From positions 272,366,001 through 272,430,000 of the forward strand of contig OZ024743.1 of the NCBI GenBank assembly GCA_964016885.1: 64,000 bases of DNA, written 5' to 3'. This DNA comes from Eledone cirrhosa. Lineage: Eukaryota. The position numbers were made by a program, and so were the translations under genes. This document shows positions 29,145 to 42,630 of this stretch, in pieces; the first letter of the stretch is position 1, and each line of letters starts with the position of its first letter. Below the pieces are notes generated by a model. That model searched no databases, was not told the origin of the DNA, and saw nothing but the letters and a program-made list of their open reading frames with translations.

Positions 29145-31268
29145 CTACCCGTTACGGTATAATGTGGGGCTGTAATACAGGAAAGTTTTGTGCAATTTAT
29201 GTTTACAAGCCGAAATTGCCGCAGATTTTTTGTTTAAGATGTGGTCTGTGGCGTAGAGTATTTCCAGGGCCTCAGCGGCGCAGAGGTCACATGGTCTTTT
29301 ATTTCCGTTATACGATCTAGCCCTAGCTAGGATCTCCCAGTGTAACTTATATTGGGTGTGGCTGTCTTTTAGACTCCAGATATAAGCTGGAAATGATGTT
29401 ATATTCCTTCTTAGAGGGTAACGAAAAGAATGGGTATGCATGTAAAGACGCTGCTTGAATCTATTGGTGGTTAACCCTATGTAGGCCCTACGGGACGTGG
29501 GTGTTTCAACCTTACATTTGTAGACAATGGTACTAGGATGCATTTCCCGGATTGGGGGCAATCAACCCGATTCCTACAATTACAGTTAGTACTAACTACA
29601 GGGTTGTACGTGTTCCTACGGCTAGGTAGTTTAGCTAAATTAGAAGCTGTGATGTTATGTGTAAGGTTAGGAGTCGTAGAGTAAGAAATTTTAATAGTAT
29701 TTCTATTAAAAATTTTACTATATATATGTGTAGGGGGAAAATGCTTCGTAATAAGGGATAGAAAGATCTTAGCTAATGGTGTGGCCACCTCCATATTATA
29801 TGGTGGGTTATAACATATAATGCGTCGGGATCTATTTCTTCTAGGTCTATTCTGATACTCTGTATATGCTACCGTATCGACAAATCCACTCCGAGCAAGA
29901 GCTTCATTATAATATGTGGAATGGTCGTTGAAAATATGCTCGTTAGTAGATAGACGGGAAAGCCTCAAAGAAACGTTTCTTACCAGGTTCTTGGTTATGC
30001 AGGATAGTCGGAATGCTTACTTATGTAATTAAGCGTTTCATTCGGCTTTCTATACGGGTAATACAAGCCATTCGATAAATTGAGGGTAACGTCGAGGTAA
30101 TTAACGACCGAGAGGTTGGCCTCAACCTGTATAGAGAGGTTGAAGCCTTTAAAGAAGGCTGTGAGTTCTTTTCTGAACCTGCCGCAAGCACGTGGGCCGC
30201 ACTTAGTCATGGTCAAAATACCATCATCACGGTACAAACCACCGCCCACGTTGGGGGAATTCGTCCTTGATAGAGAAAAGAAGGAAAAGGCCGATAAGAT
30301 CAGTAACCTCCGCAGAATCGCTGCGCCCATACTCACGTCGAATGGGGTACTATAGATTTTTTAATCCAAATAGAGTCGTCGAAATTAATCACCGACTTAC
30401 GGGCATTGAGGATGACATCAACTTCGAAATCCTTAACCATTGTGAGTGTTTTAGCGAAATTGATAGCTCTAAGGAGAAGTGGTAAAGTGATGGAGGAGTA
30501 GTAAATATTGATGTCGAATTGGATAAAACGGCAATGTTCCTTGTTGCATATGCCATTGAACCAATTAATCACCGCGGAAGAATTGTTCCACAGTGCAAGA
30601 GGGGCCAAACTTCTAATTTCAGGTATAATTCTATCAAGAATCCTTTTACTAAGTCTACCTAAATCGGACTTCGTAGGGTTAATAAGCCAAATAGAGGGGT
30701 TGTTCGGAAAATTGGATTTGTGATCCTTCAGGGTAAAGTGGGGAGAAATAGGGTCCAGAGGTTCGGTCCGGTCCAGGATGTTGAGATCAGATGTGATTTT
30801 AAACCCAGCATCGTTGATTTCATTGATGACGCACCGATTTGTTTTACGGTAATCATTAGTTACAGCATTATGTAGTAGTTGATGGTAAGTACTGCGCTCC
30901 ACTTGATATAGATTGCCAGTTTTGTCGGAATGGACGTGCGCGGCATTAGAATCCTTAATAGAACGAATTCTATTCTTCAGGTCCTGCTGGAAGGAATTGC
31001 TCCTATTCCGAAATTTGATACTCCGTATGAGTTCCAAGACATCATTTTCGAAGGGTAACATTACTGGGTTACACGGAGGGTTATTATAGGTTTTAAACAC
31101 AAATTTATCCTGTTTGTTGTCTGCTTTTCACTGATTATCGAAATAAAAGGCACGCCAACGCAACCTTTCAATGAACGCGTCTGTTTTCTGTATCAGGAGT
31201 TTTAGGTATGTTTTCCTGCTTGGTACGGGTATGTTCTTTGTAGAAATATTCAGATGTTGTTTCTGCAT
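29145..31268 (-). pseudogene. Frameshifted PLE ORF (RT plus GIY-YIG)
   Basis: MQKQHLNISTKNIPVP..RLRWRAFYF, SDKTGN, LKDHK, QFDI..YSSI, GLYRDDG, YLDVTLN, YNPPY, CNCR..CP, IVY..YIGLT, CDLC..E, CKH. Confidence 0.9.
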
Positions 31269-31461
31269 GATGAATATAAGTCAGTAGAGTGCTCAACCGA
31301 GGGAGCCAAATAGTAATAATAATAAATTTGAAGACTAAAACCAAAGAGTGCTCGATATTGCCGGAGAACGTTTCCATGAACCAAAGTATTGTCTTCCTGT
31401 CTTCCTCCGGTTACAACGTTTTTTGAAATATTCACTTCTGCGTTCATAGATTGACTTTGTT

Positions 31462-31510
31462 AGTTTCAGAAGATCCCGTTAAGGGTGAAAGCAGCGATTT
31501 TTGCTAAACT
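31462..31510 (+). ncRNA. Hammerhead-like motif with variant core CAGAAGA in PLE-2/3 pLTR
   Basis: agttt-CAGAAGA-tccc/gggt-GAAA-gcag..ttgc-T-aaact. Also at 55111-55161 (-) and partially at 28208-28237 (-). Confidence 0.55.
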
Positions 31511-31617
31511 TTAAACTGTTATTTTAATAAATATTTGCTCTACGGTTCTTATATATTTGATATATATTTATCCTTATCGAGGCCTCTTTGTAATTTAGTC
31601 TTCAAATTTATTATTAT

Positions 31618-31686
<69 letters not shown>

Positions 31687-31732
31687 AATAATGGAGCTGC
31701 GGCGCTGCAAATGGGTTACATATGAAAAAGTT

Positions 31733-31836
31733 TGTCCTCATCAGTGGCCATCCAACCGTCGTAGGCATTTCGTCGCATTAGAGGCCATATACCTCAGGTT
31801 GGTGCGAGCAACGGCTAAAAAAAAGTCGTTGGGACA
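31733..31836 (-). ncRNA. Strand-permuted hammerhead-like motif (copy 1)
   Basis: Reverse complement of 32817-32919. Confidence 0.65.
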
Positions 31837-32816
31837 CGTAAATAAGGGGGACGCTAGGGTGAACGAACAAAATGGTTTAAGCAGCAGAAAGTAATGAAGA
31901 AGGAAACAAGTCCCAGATTTCTATGAATATAAATTCGGTGAAATCGTGAACGAGAGAATAAAGACCATCAAACCTGGTTGAAATGTGAGCAAGGAAGGAA
32001 TTTCGCACAGGTCTAACGGGAGGAAGAAGGGGTCTGGTCTGTGAATTCGGTAAACATAAGTTTTGTGAAGTCGCAGACGAGAGAGAGAGAGAAAAAAAAT
32101 TCATACCGGCTTGGTCAAGCACCCGCGAGAAAAAGGAATACGGACAGGTGAAACGGGAAGAAAGGGGAGGAGGAGAGGTAGTGACAGAGAGTGAGTGAGT
32201 GAAAGGTGAGGAAGAGGCTAACAGAGAGAGAGACTGCTAGAAGGGGTAAAGACACAAAGAACGAAACAGACTGGTGGCAGCAGAGGAAAAAATATATGTG
32301 TAAATTTCATATGTAACCCATTTGCAGCGCCGCAGCTCCATTATTATCATATTTACACATATATGTTTTCCTCTGCTGCCACCAGTCTGTTTCGTTCTCT
32401 GTGTCTTTACCCCTTCTAGCAGTCTCTCTCTCTGTTAGCCTCTTCCTCACCTTTCACTCACTCACTCTCTGTCACTACCTCTCCTCCTCCCCTTTCTTCC
32501 CGTTTGACCTGTCCGTATTCCTTTTTCTCGCGGGCACTTGGCCAAGCCGGTATGAATTTTTCTCTCTCTCTCTCGTCTGCGACTTCACAAAACTTATGTT
32601 TGCCGAATTCGCAGACCAGACCCCTTCTTCCTCCCGTTAGACCTGTGCGAAATTCCTTCCTTACTCACATTTCAACCAGGTTTGATGGTCTTTATTCTCT
32701 CGTTCACGATTTCACCGAATTTATATTCATCGAAATCTGGGACTTGTTTCCTTCTTCATTACTTTCTGCTGCTTAAACCATTTTGTTCGTTCACCCTAGC
32801 GTCCCCCTTATTTACG

Positions 32817-32919
32817 TGTCCCAACGACTTTTTTTAGCCGTTGCTCGCACCAACCTGAGGTATATGGCCTCTAATGCGACGAAATGCCTACGACGGTTGG
32901 ATGGCCACTGATGAGGACA
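32817..32919 (+). ncRNA. Strand-permuted, pseudoknotted hammerhead-like motif with K-turn (copy 2)
   Basis: ggtaT-A-tggcc ... C-GAAA-tgcc ... ggcca-CTGATGA-G; see findings. Confidence 0.65.
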
Positions 32920-32925
32920 AACTTT

Positions 32926-33395
<470 letters not shown>

Positions 33396-35879
33396 TGTGT
33401 ATCTGTGTATTTGTGTGTTCCTCTTTTCTTTTCCCCAAGAGGCTGTTGCTGTCAATCATGAAGAATAGACTTCACAGTTTCTATTCTGAAATTAATTCGT
33501 ATATCAATTACAATATTGCTTACATTATATACAACATCTCCCTGTCACGTTACAAAGGAAGCAAAAAAAAAATGATTTCGTGGAGTACGGCTCATTGCTC
33601 AAGAGAACTGTACATATTGATAAACATAACCTATTTCAACTAATGTTTAATATAGTTATATGGCTTGTTGGTGTGAATGAAAGAGAATCATTGTAGCTCA
33701 TTGTAATCTATCAGATAAATTAGTTTTTCATTTTAGTCAGTTCCATAAGAGATATTAACCCATTTAAAATATGAAACGATTCAATCACTATGTTCCAGTA
33801 CGTTTCATTGGTATCGTTCAGAAATCATTGTCACTTACATATAATTTCACAAATAAACAAATATAGCAAGAAACCGATGTCCAGCTATTAGATGTGACAC
33901 TGTGCTACTGTGCCTTTGTGCCTTAATGCGTGGTGGTCATATTTGAGTGTCCCACAGCTGAACGATTTATCACGTTATCAATTAATTATCGACATATTCG
34001 GTTACTCGTACCATGTTAGCGATGCTAAGCTGCGTTCGTGACAACGTTGATTAACACTCAATTGACTCAGACAATTTAACTGCCAATAAGCATGGCTGGT
34101 TGATTATAGAGAGAGCTTATGTAACCAGAAGTTTCTTAAAGTTGATGAGATTTTCGTTGCGTTTCAGTGTTGATTTCAACACGAGATGTGGTTATAGATT
34201 GAATGATAATGTGCTCTGTCAGACCAATTTTGTTTATATACTTCACATGTAAGCAATGTTTTTATGGTGGTGTATCAACCAATTACTATATTAGTTAGTG
34301 TTAATATATTTGACATATAGATTATTAAATATGGAAAATGTCTTCTTCTATTGCTTCGAGTTGACTAAAACATTTTGTATAAAACATAGTAGACACAATC
34401 TGCATGGAAGCCGTTTGGAGAAGCTGTTAATCGTTGCTCGGTTCAACGCCCAACATAATTCCTGGGGGCCTTTAGCGGGTTCCAGGTTTGGAGGCCATAG
34501 AAGATGTGATGAGAGCTGCTCTTTCTCCTTTGTCTAAGCGACTAAATGTTAACTAGAAATAATTATACGGTGAGGAAAATCTATTATTAGTCAATGAATA
34601 ATATTAATTGCTAACATATTTAAAAAAATGGAACAATTATTCCTTATATTCAAGAAAGATTGTGTAAGAGAGAATCTCATTGGCTGTCAAGGGATACATG
34701 TTTCATTCTCATGTTACAGGATCTAACTTAATATTAATACTATTTGACGTAATAGCATTGAGTTGTATATGAAATCCAAAATTTAACAAGCTGTAGTTGA
34801 AGTGATGACAGGACAATGTGGAAATCCTTACATCTTATTTTCTTTATGACTTTCTTACCTAGTTACATATGATTTACATTTAAAGTAGATGGTAGGGTTA
34901 CACATGTGTGTCAGCAGGTATTTATTGGCATATGTAAAGTAATTTTGTTTGAACTGGGAATCGAAACCTGTTTTCTGATACACATAAGTTCAAAGCAACC
35001 TTAAATATTACTTTATAGTTTTAGTCACCGTCAATTTTCATTAATATATTTGCTGAGAGAGGCTTAACTAAAGGAGAGAGATAAGATCATTTATGTACAG
35101 ATGTTATTTGTTGATTAATCTTAATATTCGCATGTCACGTATTACATCAGCTCCAGAGAAAAAGGTGAACAACTTCACCCTAATACATGGAGGAATTTGA
35201 AATAGGAAAGCTTTAATCAGATAACACATGAAGTGTACGAAAGCAATCTAACTTCTCTGTTAATACAACGTACTTAAAACGTACGAATTATAACTATTAT
35301 ACGGACTTTTAAGACAGCGGATTTTATGTTAAGCGTCGAGAGCCATGCCAAGGTTTAACATTTAAACAGAATGCTTTGAAAACCAGCCAAATAAAAGATG
35401 AAATGTGAAAAAATAAATTAAACTGTGCGCATGAGTTAAATATTTCTAACTACGAAATTAATTATTTTCTTTGCGAACTGTTATGGATTTGTTAATTGTT
35501 AGCTCCTGATCTATAAAGTTCCGAGTTTGCATGGTCACTGAAGTGTTGAATATATATTGTTTTGTAAAATTGTTTTATTACATATTGTTATATAGTTAGA
35601 TACATTATGAATACGACGGAAAATGTGAAATATCTATAAAGAGTGACTATTGATATCCTAATTTGAAAGTGTAGTCTTGCAAATATGTATTAGAGCTGAA
35701 TAAAAAAGCGAAAGCAGTAATGAATGAAAACAATTTTATTGTAAACGTCAATCTCTAAAAGTAGATGATGAATGAGCGTTGTTTCACATTAAATCTTTTG
35801 CTGAGAATTTTGGAAATGAGATACTGCAACATAAATGATGTAACAGTGGATTATAAATACTTACATATTAGTTAGGTAG

Positions 35880-36285
35880 AATGATGTAATGTATTGGAAG
35901 AATGCCGGATAAAATGCCATTGTCATATTTGTCTACACTCTGTTAACTTTGCCTTTCATCCTGCCGTCGATAAAATAAAGTACCAGTCAAGTAATAGGGT
36001 TGATATAATTAACTTCCCCTCCCCAGAAATTGTTAGCTTTGTGCCTAAAGTAGTAACCATTAACGGGCTGTGGATTGGCAAAGTCGTTAGAATGTCGAAT
36101 AAATGCTTAGCAGTATTTGTTCCGACACTGTACGTTCTCAGTTTAAATCTCGGCTCAAATTTTCCTTTCATCCTTTCGAGGTTGATAAAACAAAATACCA
36201 GTCAAGTACTGGGGTTGATATAATCAACTTTCTCTACCCCTCCCCCAAAATCGCTGGCCTTGTTCTAATGTTAGAAAAAAAAAAT
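35880..36285 (+). mobile_element. Two older tandem tRNA-derived SINE copies
   Basis: tttgcctttcatcc..gtcgataaaataaagtaccagtcaag motif occurs twice. Confidence 0.6.
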
Positions 36286-37201
36286 TAGTTAGGTATTCTA
36301 GTGTTCGGAATTGGAACCCTAAAGTGTATGGTATGTGCCTTTCTTTTATTTACCAATGCAAGCACCACACATATTATAGCCTTCTCGAGTTAATCTCTAT
36401 GTAGACGTGCAGCTAAAAAAAGAGATCGCAGTGAAATCTCCTTCAAATGATATCATGTTTTACTTAAAAAAGGGAGGAACACATTGGATAATATATTCCT
36501 AGATATGCAATGCACATCAAAATGATGGAATGTTCATCACTCAAACAGCCTTGTTCATAGAATTGCTCGATGAGGGAGAAGTCTAGAGACATACGACAAA
36601 CAACCTCGACAATAACATGAACATTTGTGATTATGTGGCCAGCGATCTGAATCAGTAATTGTCATATTTATTATTCTACAGGAATACTTCCCATGGACAT
36701 TAAAAATCAATAAGTAGAACCACATGGAACTAAGATAAGCCCATGATCTCATGATCTGATAATTATTCCCACTGGAAAAATTTGTTCTTTCACCTACTTC
36801 CCCAATGCTTTCTAAACGCATAAATTCCATTTTTCACAAACGTTACACATGAATAATAGAGCGAAGCATGCCTCACTGAATAATCCTATTTTATTCCAAG
36901 GTCGATTTAAATACAAAGAAATTGAAACAAACCAAATAACTGATTATATTTGAGATTTAAAGAAAAATAACAAAAACATTAATTTACTCATTCATTCCTA
37001 TATTCTCCGAACTATTCGTTTGTTTATTCTCATTTGGAATCTCAGTATTTTAAACCATTAACCTTCTGTACCACCTTCAATGAAATCGGCCACCTTTTTT
37101 AATTTCATGTCTTTGTTTAGCCCTAGGCTGGCTTTGATCGAATATACCTATCTGTCCCAGCATTTCCAGCATAAATACTATATCTAAATCAAAAAGATGT
37201 G

Positions 37202-37510
37202 AAGGCGCCTAGCTTAATGGTTCGGATGTTCAGTTCATGATCGTAAGGTCAGGATTTCGATTCTCAGCATCACGTTCTGTCCTTGAACAAGACACTTCAT
37301 TTCACGTCACTCCAGTGAAAGTAAAATGAATTGTACCTATAATTAAAAAGGTCAGCCTTCTCCCGCAATGTATCACGCTGAATATTCTCAAGAACTCCGT
37401 TAAGGGTACATGTGGCTTCGGAATACTCAACCACTTGCATATTAATTTTACGAGTAGGCTGTTTCCGTTGTTACAATTGGAACACCTGTCGTCATAGTCG
37501 ACGGCAGTTC
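37202..37510 (+). mobile_element. Second SINE family (tRNA-like head, tgtccttgaacaagacacttcatttcac central domain)
   Basis: Head ggcgcctagcttaatggtt..tttcgattc; central motif resembles Nin/Deu-type SINE domains. Confidence 0.55.
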
Positions 37511-39972
37511 AACACAGTGCAACAGCATCAAATACGTTCTTTTTAAAAATAAGGTTCTTACGTTGGCCCTTATGTAATTCCTGTTGCATTGATATGGAAG
37601 TAAGGTGATTACAATAAAACCTATATCAAGAGAAAACTATTTAACAGTCCGATACTTTTATTTATATACTAGACCACCTGACTCCCGTTGGGTCACGTTC
37701 ACTTCAAAATATTTTTTAAAAATCATGTTCACTTAAAAATAATTTTTAAATAATTAAAATATACACATAATGTGAAATGAAACCGGAAGGCCCGTATATG
37801 TACGTCTGTGAATGTATATATACATAAATGTGTGTGTGTGTGTATATATATATGTGGGTGTCTGATCTATATACGCCGGTTATAGACACACACACATATA
37901 CACGCATATATATATATAAATACACATACACTCACATATATATATACACAACAACACCACCAGCTCTCTCTCTTCCATTTTCCTGTGTCTCCCCCTCTCT
38001 CTTTATGTCTCTCAATCTACTCTCTCACAACCACTATCTCTTTCTCTCTAACCTTCTCTGTCTATTTATGAAGGTACCCGGAAAAATAGCATATCTCGGG
38101 ACCCTGTCATCCGATTTACGCGAAACTTGTTTTATTCCATTTGTATTCTCATTTCAGGGTCAACTTCCTTTCAAAGTATTTTCCCATTATGCGCGCTTTT
38201 GGCTGTATTACATTAGAGTAAAGCAATCAAGCAAGCAATCGCAGAGTTTTATATAAAGAGATAGTTTATTGCTTATTCAGAATCGGAAGATCACCGTCAT
38301 TGTCCTTGTTCAGGGCATCTGTGATGGTGTGAAATGAAGGAAAGAAGTTATCTCTGGCAATGATATCTGGCCAAAATAATTTTAACAGGATGGACTCTGC
38401 TTAATATACACAAGACAATTATCTTCACAATGCTGAAACGCAGATTAATAAATTCAGCTCAAAGTGAAACAGGTATTTTAAGTAAATGTATTTTAGATTA
38501 CATAACTTTTAACATAAATATAGACACTCTTTCTCTTCTGTCATATTAAAGTATATGTGGTCAAGTGTTTCAGCAATACATATTACAAGCTCCTTTGTAA
38601 ATGTATGCCGTTCGATTAAATTGAGATCGACTCATCTATAAAAAAACATCGTATCTTCAAAAAGCTTTAGAATTTGGTTTTAGCTGTATTTTAAAAGGGA
38701 ATTCTGACATTAATAGGTCCCGGTATTAAACAAAGACAACACATTAAGTCCAACACACACAAAAAAATCACTAGTTGGCTCGAGGTTATGATAGAGACTC
38801 TTGCTTAAAGAGCCACGTGGTTGGATCGAACCTGACACCACATGGATATGGAGTGAACCTCATACCATTACAGCATTGCCTGTGTTCATTTTGAACTAAT
38901 CATGATAAAATCGAATGCGTTGTACACAGAATTATCTGTTATTTCAAGGTTTACATAGACTGGTGTACTCCCAAGGAAATTAAGAATGCACAATGCAATA
39001 TTATTTGTCAGAACTATCAAGTGGAATACAGAAAGCAGTGCACCAAGCTGGATTAGCTGCTGAATGGATATAAAATTAATTGTTTCGTATGAGGAAAGAA
39101 AATTATGATTATGTGGTTAAGATATTCGCTTCATAACTATGTGATTTCGAGGGATATTTCATAGTATCGTGTTGACCAAATCTTTTTTAGTTGAATGTTG
39201 GCAGGAGAAATTGTGATCGTGGACTTATGCGTTTGAGTGTTTTGTAAATGTATATTGGCGAGAAGAGTGAAAATCGTTGCTTTAACAAACAGACTCCATC
39301 GTGATTGTTGATCTGAAATAAATTACAGATACACTCTATCATTCTCCTCGCCAGAAATGTAGTGAAGCAGTGATTGACACGTTGGAAACCTGAGACATAC
39401 GACGCTACTGTTTACCAGCTGTGATATATAATAAATATGATAAAATAAAAATGTTTGTAGATAAGTTCGAGCATCATAGATCTATATGGGGAAACCATAA
39501 ACACATGCATATCTACACACACGTAAATACAAACGCAAACACCTGAATATACATATACAAATAGGCATATATGCATGCAGTCTCAAACGTCCATATCTCT
39601 TTCTGTATGTACTTATTGCGATTCAAAATAGATAGTGACATTTGAGACATCCTATATATGTAGAAATATAGTACAATCAACAGAAAGAAACACAAAAAGT
39701 ATGAAAGTAATATACGATATCAGATTATGATTGTGTTTTAGTGACAGTGGAGTAAGGTTCAGCAAGTACATCTTACGATTCCTTTATTATACATTATTTA
39801 TTATATAGGTATTCATGTAAGAACATCGTACGAGTGTGTTTTATATTAGTTATAAGTAGTTATTTGTAACATTCCATTTTGTATTATATCATTTAATACA
39901 TAATATATCACTGGTTCATATTTTATCAATTATTGAGAGGCAATATATATAGGTATATATATGTATATATAT

Positions 39973-42556
39973 CCCAACTCTAAGCAACAACAGAGGCGAA
40001 CAAGACGGTACCAACACTGAACCTAGCGGCGCCCCAACCAACAACACACCTGACGCAAAACACTTCGTCAAAGACTTGACAGGATCCCTCTCCCGAGAGG
40101 AATTAGACCTCCTCAGCCTGGGTCCCAAGTTCATATTGAAACAGAGACTGGACGACAAATTATGGCTCGACATAGAAACGAATTTCTGTCGGGCTGCCTA
40201 CCAACTAAAATGGATATCGATTCTCGGCAACAACACCACGGAATCTAACAAACCCAGATTCCCGATATACCAACTGGATCGCCCACTCTGTCCACCGCCT
40301 GCCAACCGCGAGCTTGAAGAAAAACTCTCGAGGCTAAAACATTCTGTATTTAACATCTTATGGAAACAGAAGAAGATAGCCCCAAACCTCTCCAGGACAC
40401 AACAACTCGCCCTGAAGAACCTACGGAATAGGGAACTTATATACTTACCATCCGACAAAGGTAAAGAGTTTTGCGTCATCTCTCAAGCCACATACAACAA
40501 CCTAGCCTTTGAACACCTAAGCGACAATGAATTATATACAGAGATCCCGGACATGACTGCAGCCCAGATCGAAAAACAGACCAACTCCATCTGGTTCGAT
40601 ATCAAGACCCACAAGAATAGTACTAAGACACAAATAAGACCCATCGTCTCTAGCATAGGAGGACGCCTATACAAAATTTCCTGGCTGCTCTCCCAGGTCC
40701 TCAAGCCTCTACTCTCCACCTTTCCCGGGCATGTCAGTAGCTCCGACGAAGTTATACGTAGACTAAACCAACTCCAGCCAGAACAACTTAAACTAAATAG
40801 ATACGCCTTTAGCTTCGACGTTGTCTCCCTCTACACTACAGTCCCCGCTCATCCAGCTGTCGATTTATTAACGGATGCGTGGTCGCAGAGAACATCCACT
40901 GCTACGGCCTCCATCCGACGGACATACACCAGCTTTTGTCCTTCACAGTAGACAACACGTACTTCACCTTCCACCACCACACATACAGACAGACAACAGG
41001 ATTGCCCATGGGATCCAGCCTATCGGGCCTGCTGGCCATCAACTATAAGAACCAGCTAGACTGCCGAGCCCTCAAAACCTGCCACTCCCATACCTTCTTC
41101 ACCCGATATGTAGATGACAAACTCATCCTTACATCATCACGTGAGGAGGCAGATAAAATATACACAACATTCTCCAGCATGGACGCCAGTATAAAGTTCA
41201 GCATGGAACACCCCGATGACCGCGGATCCCTATCCCTACTGGACTTCCAACTCAGGGTAACAGAGGAAGGCAACATCCACATCTGCTTCTATAAAAAAGC
41301 CGCCAGCAGGGACCTGTTCGTACATTTCAGATCGGCCCTCCCAGCCGGCGCTGAGTTCGGATACATAAGGAACGAACTTACACGTATCCGGAACAAATGC
41401 ACCGACGCTAAAGACCGAGACACACACACCACACATTTCCTGGAAGTACTCAAACTGAACGGATACACGACATCCACCACAAACCGTGCCAGAAAGAAGA
41501 GAGGACACCACACCCGAGGCACTAACACTTGCTTCCTGAAGCTCCCACACTTCAGTGACGAAACAACAACAGCCATCCGCAGAGCTATCAGACGAGAGGG
41601 ACTAGATATCCAACTGGCCCACTCAGGTCCTTCTCTAAGCGGAGAGCTAACCAAAAGATACTCCACCAGACATGACAACTGCTGCAGGCTAGCCAACTGC
41701 CCCATCAACGACATAGACCTATGCCACCAGGCTTACGTGGTATACAGACTAGAGGGTGACAAATGCAGCAACTTCTACGTAGGTAGCACCACCAGACCAC
41801 TCCACATAAGAATAAAAGAACACCTCAATACTAACGCTTCCTCATTTAAGAAACACCTAGTTAAATGCAAAAACACCGACAAAACCATAACAGTTAGGAT
41901 AGAAACTAAGGAAAGAAACCTCGGCAATCTTAGAATTAAGGAAGCACTAACTATAGACAAAACGCAACCACCAATCAATAACAGACTAGAACTCAACACC
42001 AAATTTATAACTTGATAGAGCTTCTAGCCCCATATTTACACCCCCCCCACACACGCACACACACACGCACACACACACGCTTACACCTCCACTTATTCTC
42101 TCTCACACACACACATACACACACAAAGACCAGTTCTAACACGAGATAACATCTATCTCCCACATTTACGTATAGACATATCTTCTCACACACTCACACA
42201 CACACAGTCACATACTTACACCTTCATGCATTCTCCCACACACTTAAACAGGCATGTAAAAAAAAAAAACCTTTTAAAGGGAGACTACTCTTTATCCACC
42301 TAACCTTAACTCTTTGACTTTAGTGATAGAACAGATACTCTATACCATTTCCTGTCAGCATGACTTGGCAAGCTACTTAGAACACTGGTTTAACCGCTTT
42401 ACTTCCCTCCGAAGAAGAGATATTATCTCGAAAATTAAGGACATTTAAATAAATCTAAGGTAAAAGACTAATTGTCAACAATATATTTTGCATTTGCATT
42501 CTTTATTCTATGTCCATACCTGCACTGTTTTGGCTTTATTATACATATACAAACCT

Positions 42557-42560
<4 letters not shown>
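39973..42560 (+). mobile_element. Penelope-like retroelement (PLE-4, Penelope/Poseidon-like), in (TA)n
   Basis: ORF followed by a CA-rich 3' region and a pLTR containing a hammerhead-like motif at 42405-42441. Confidence 0.9.
40076..42015 (+). pseudogene. PLE ORF (RT plus GIY-YIG), one frameshift and an apparent internal deletion
   Basis: LLSLGPKF, SDKG, IKTHK..IRPIVS, SFDVVSLYT, QTTGLPMGSSLS, RYVDD, LLDF, VVY..FYVGSTTRPLHIRIKEH, KEALTI..INNR. Confidence 0.92.

Positions 42561-42630
<70 letters not shown>

Larger units (their letters stand above)
28208..31621 (-). mobile_element. Penelope-like retroelement (PLE-2), near full length, with inverted 5' pseudo-LTR
   Basis: 3' pLTR from 28208; inverted pLTR copy at ~31360-31621; same family as 55000-57605. 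Confidence 0.9.

Noticed and set aside
32850-32914. SECIS element or box C/D snoRNA reading of the K-turn/CUGA motifs
   Set aside because: The K-turn polarity is opposite to SECIS, there is no upstream UGA-containing ORF, and no terminal C box/stem. The hammerhead pairing explains the covariation better.
33470-39900. Host gene exons in the repeat-poor interval
   Set aside because: No ORF with recognisable protein features or convincing splice-bounded exon; small exons cannot be excluded without RNA data.
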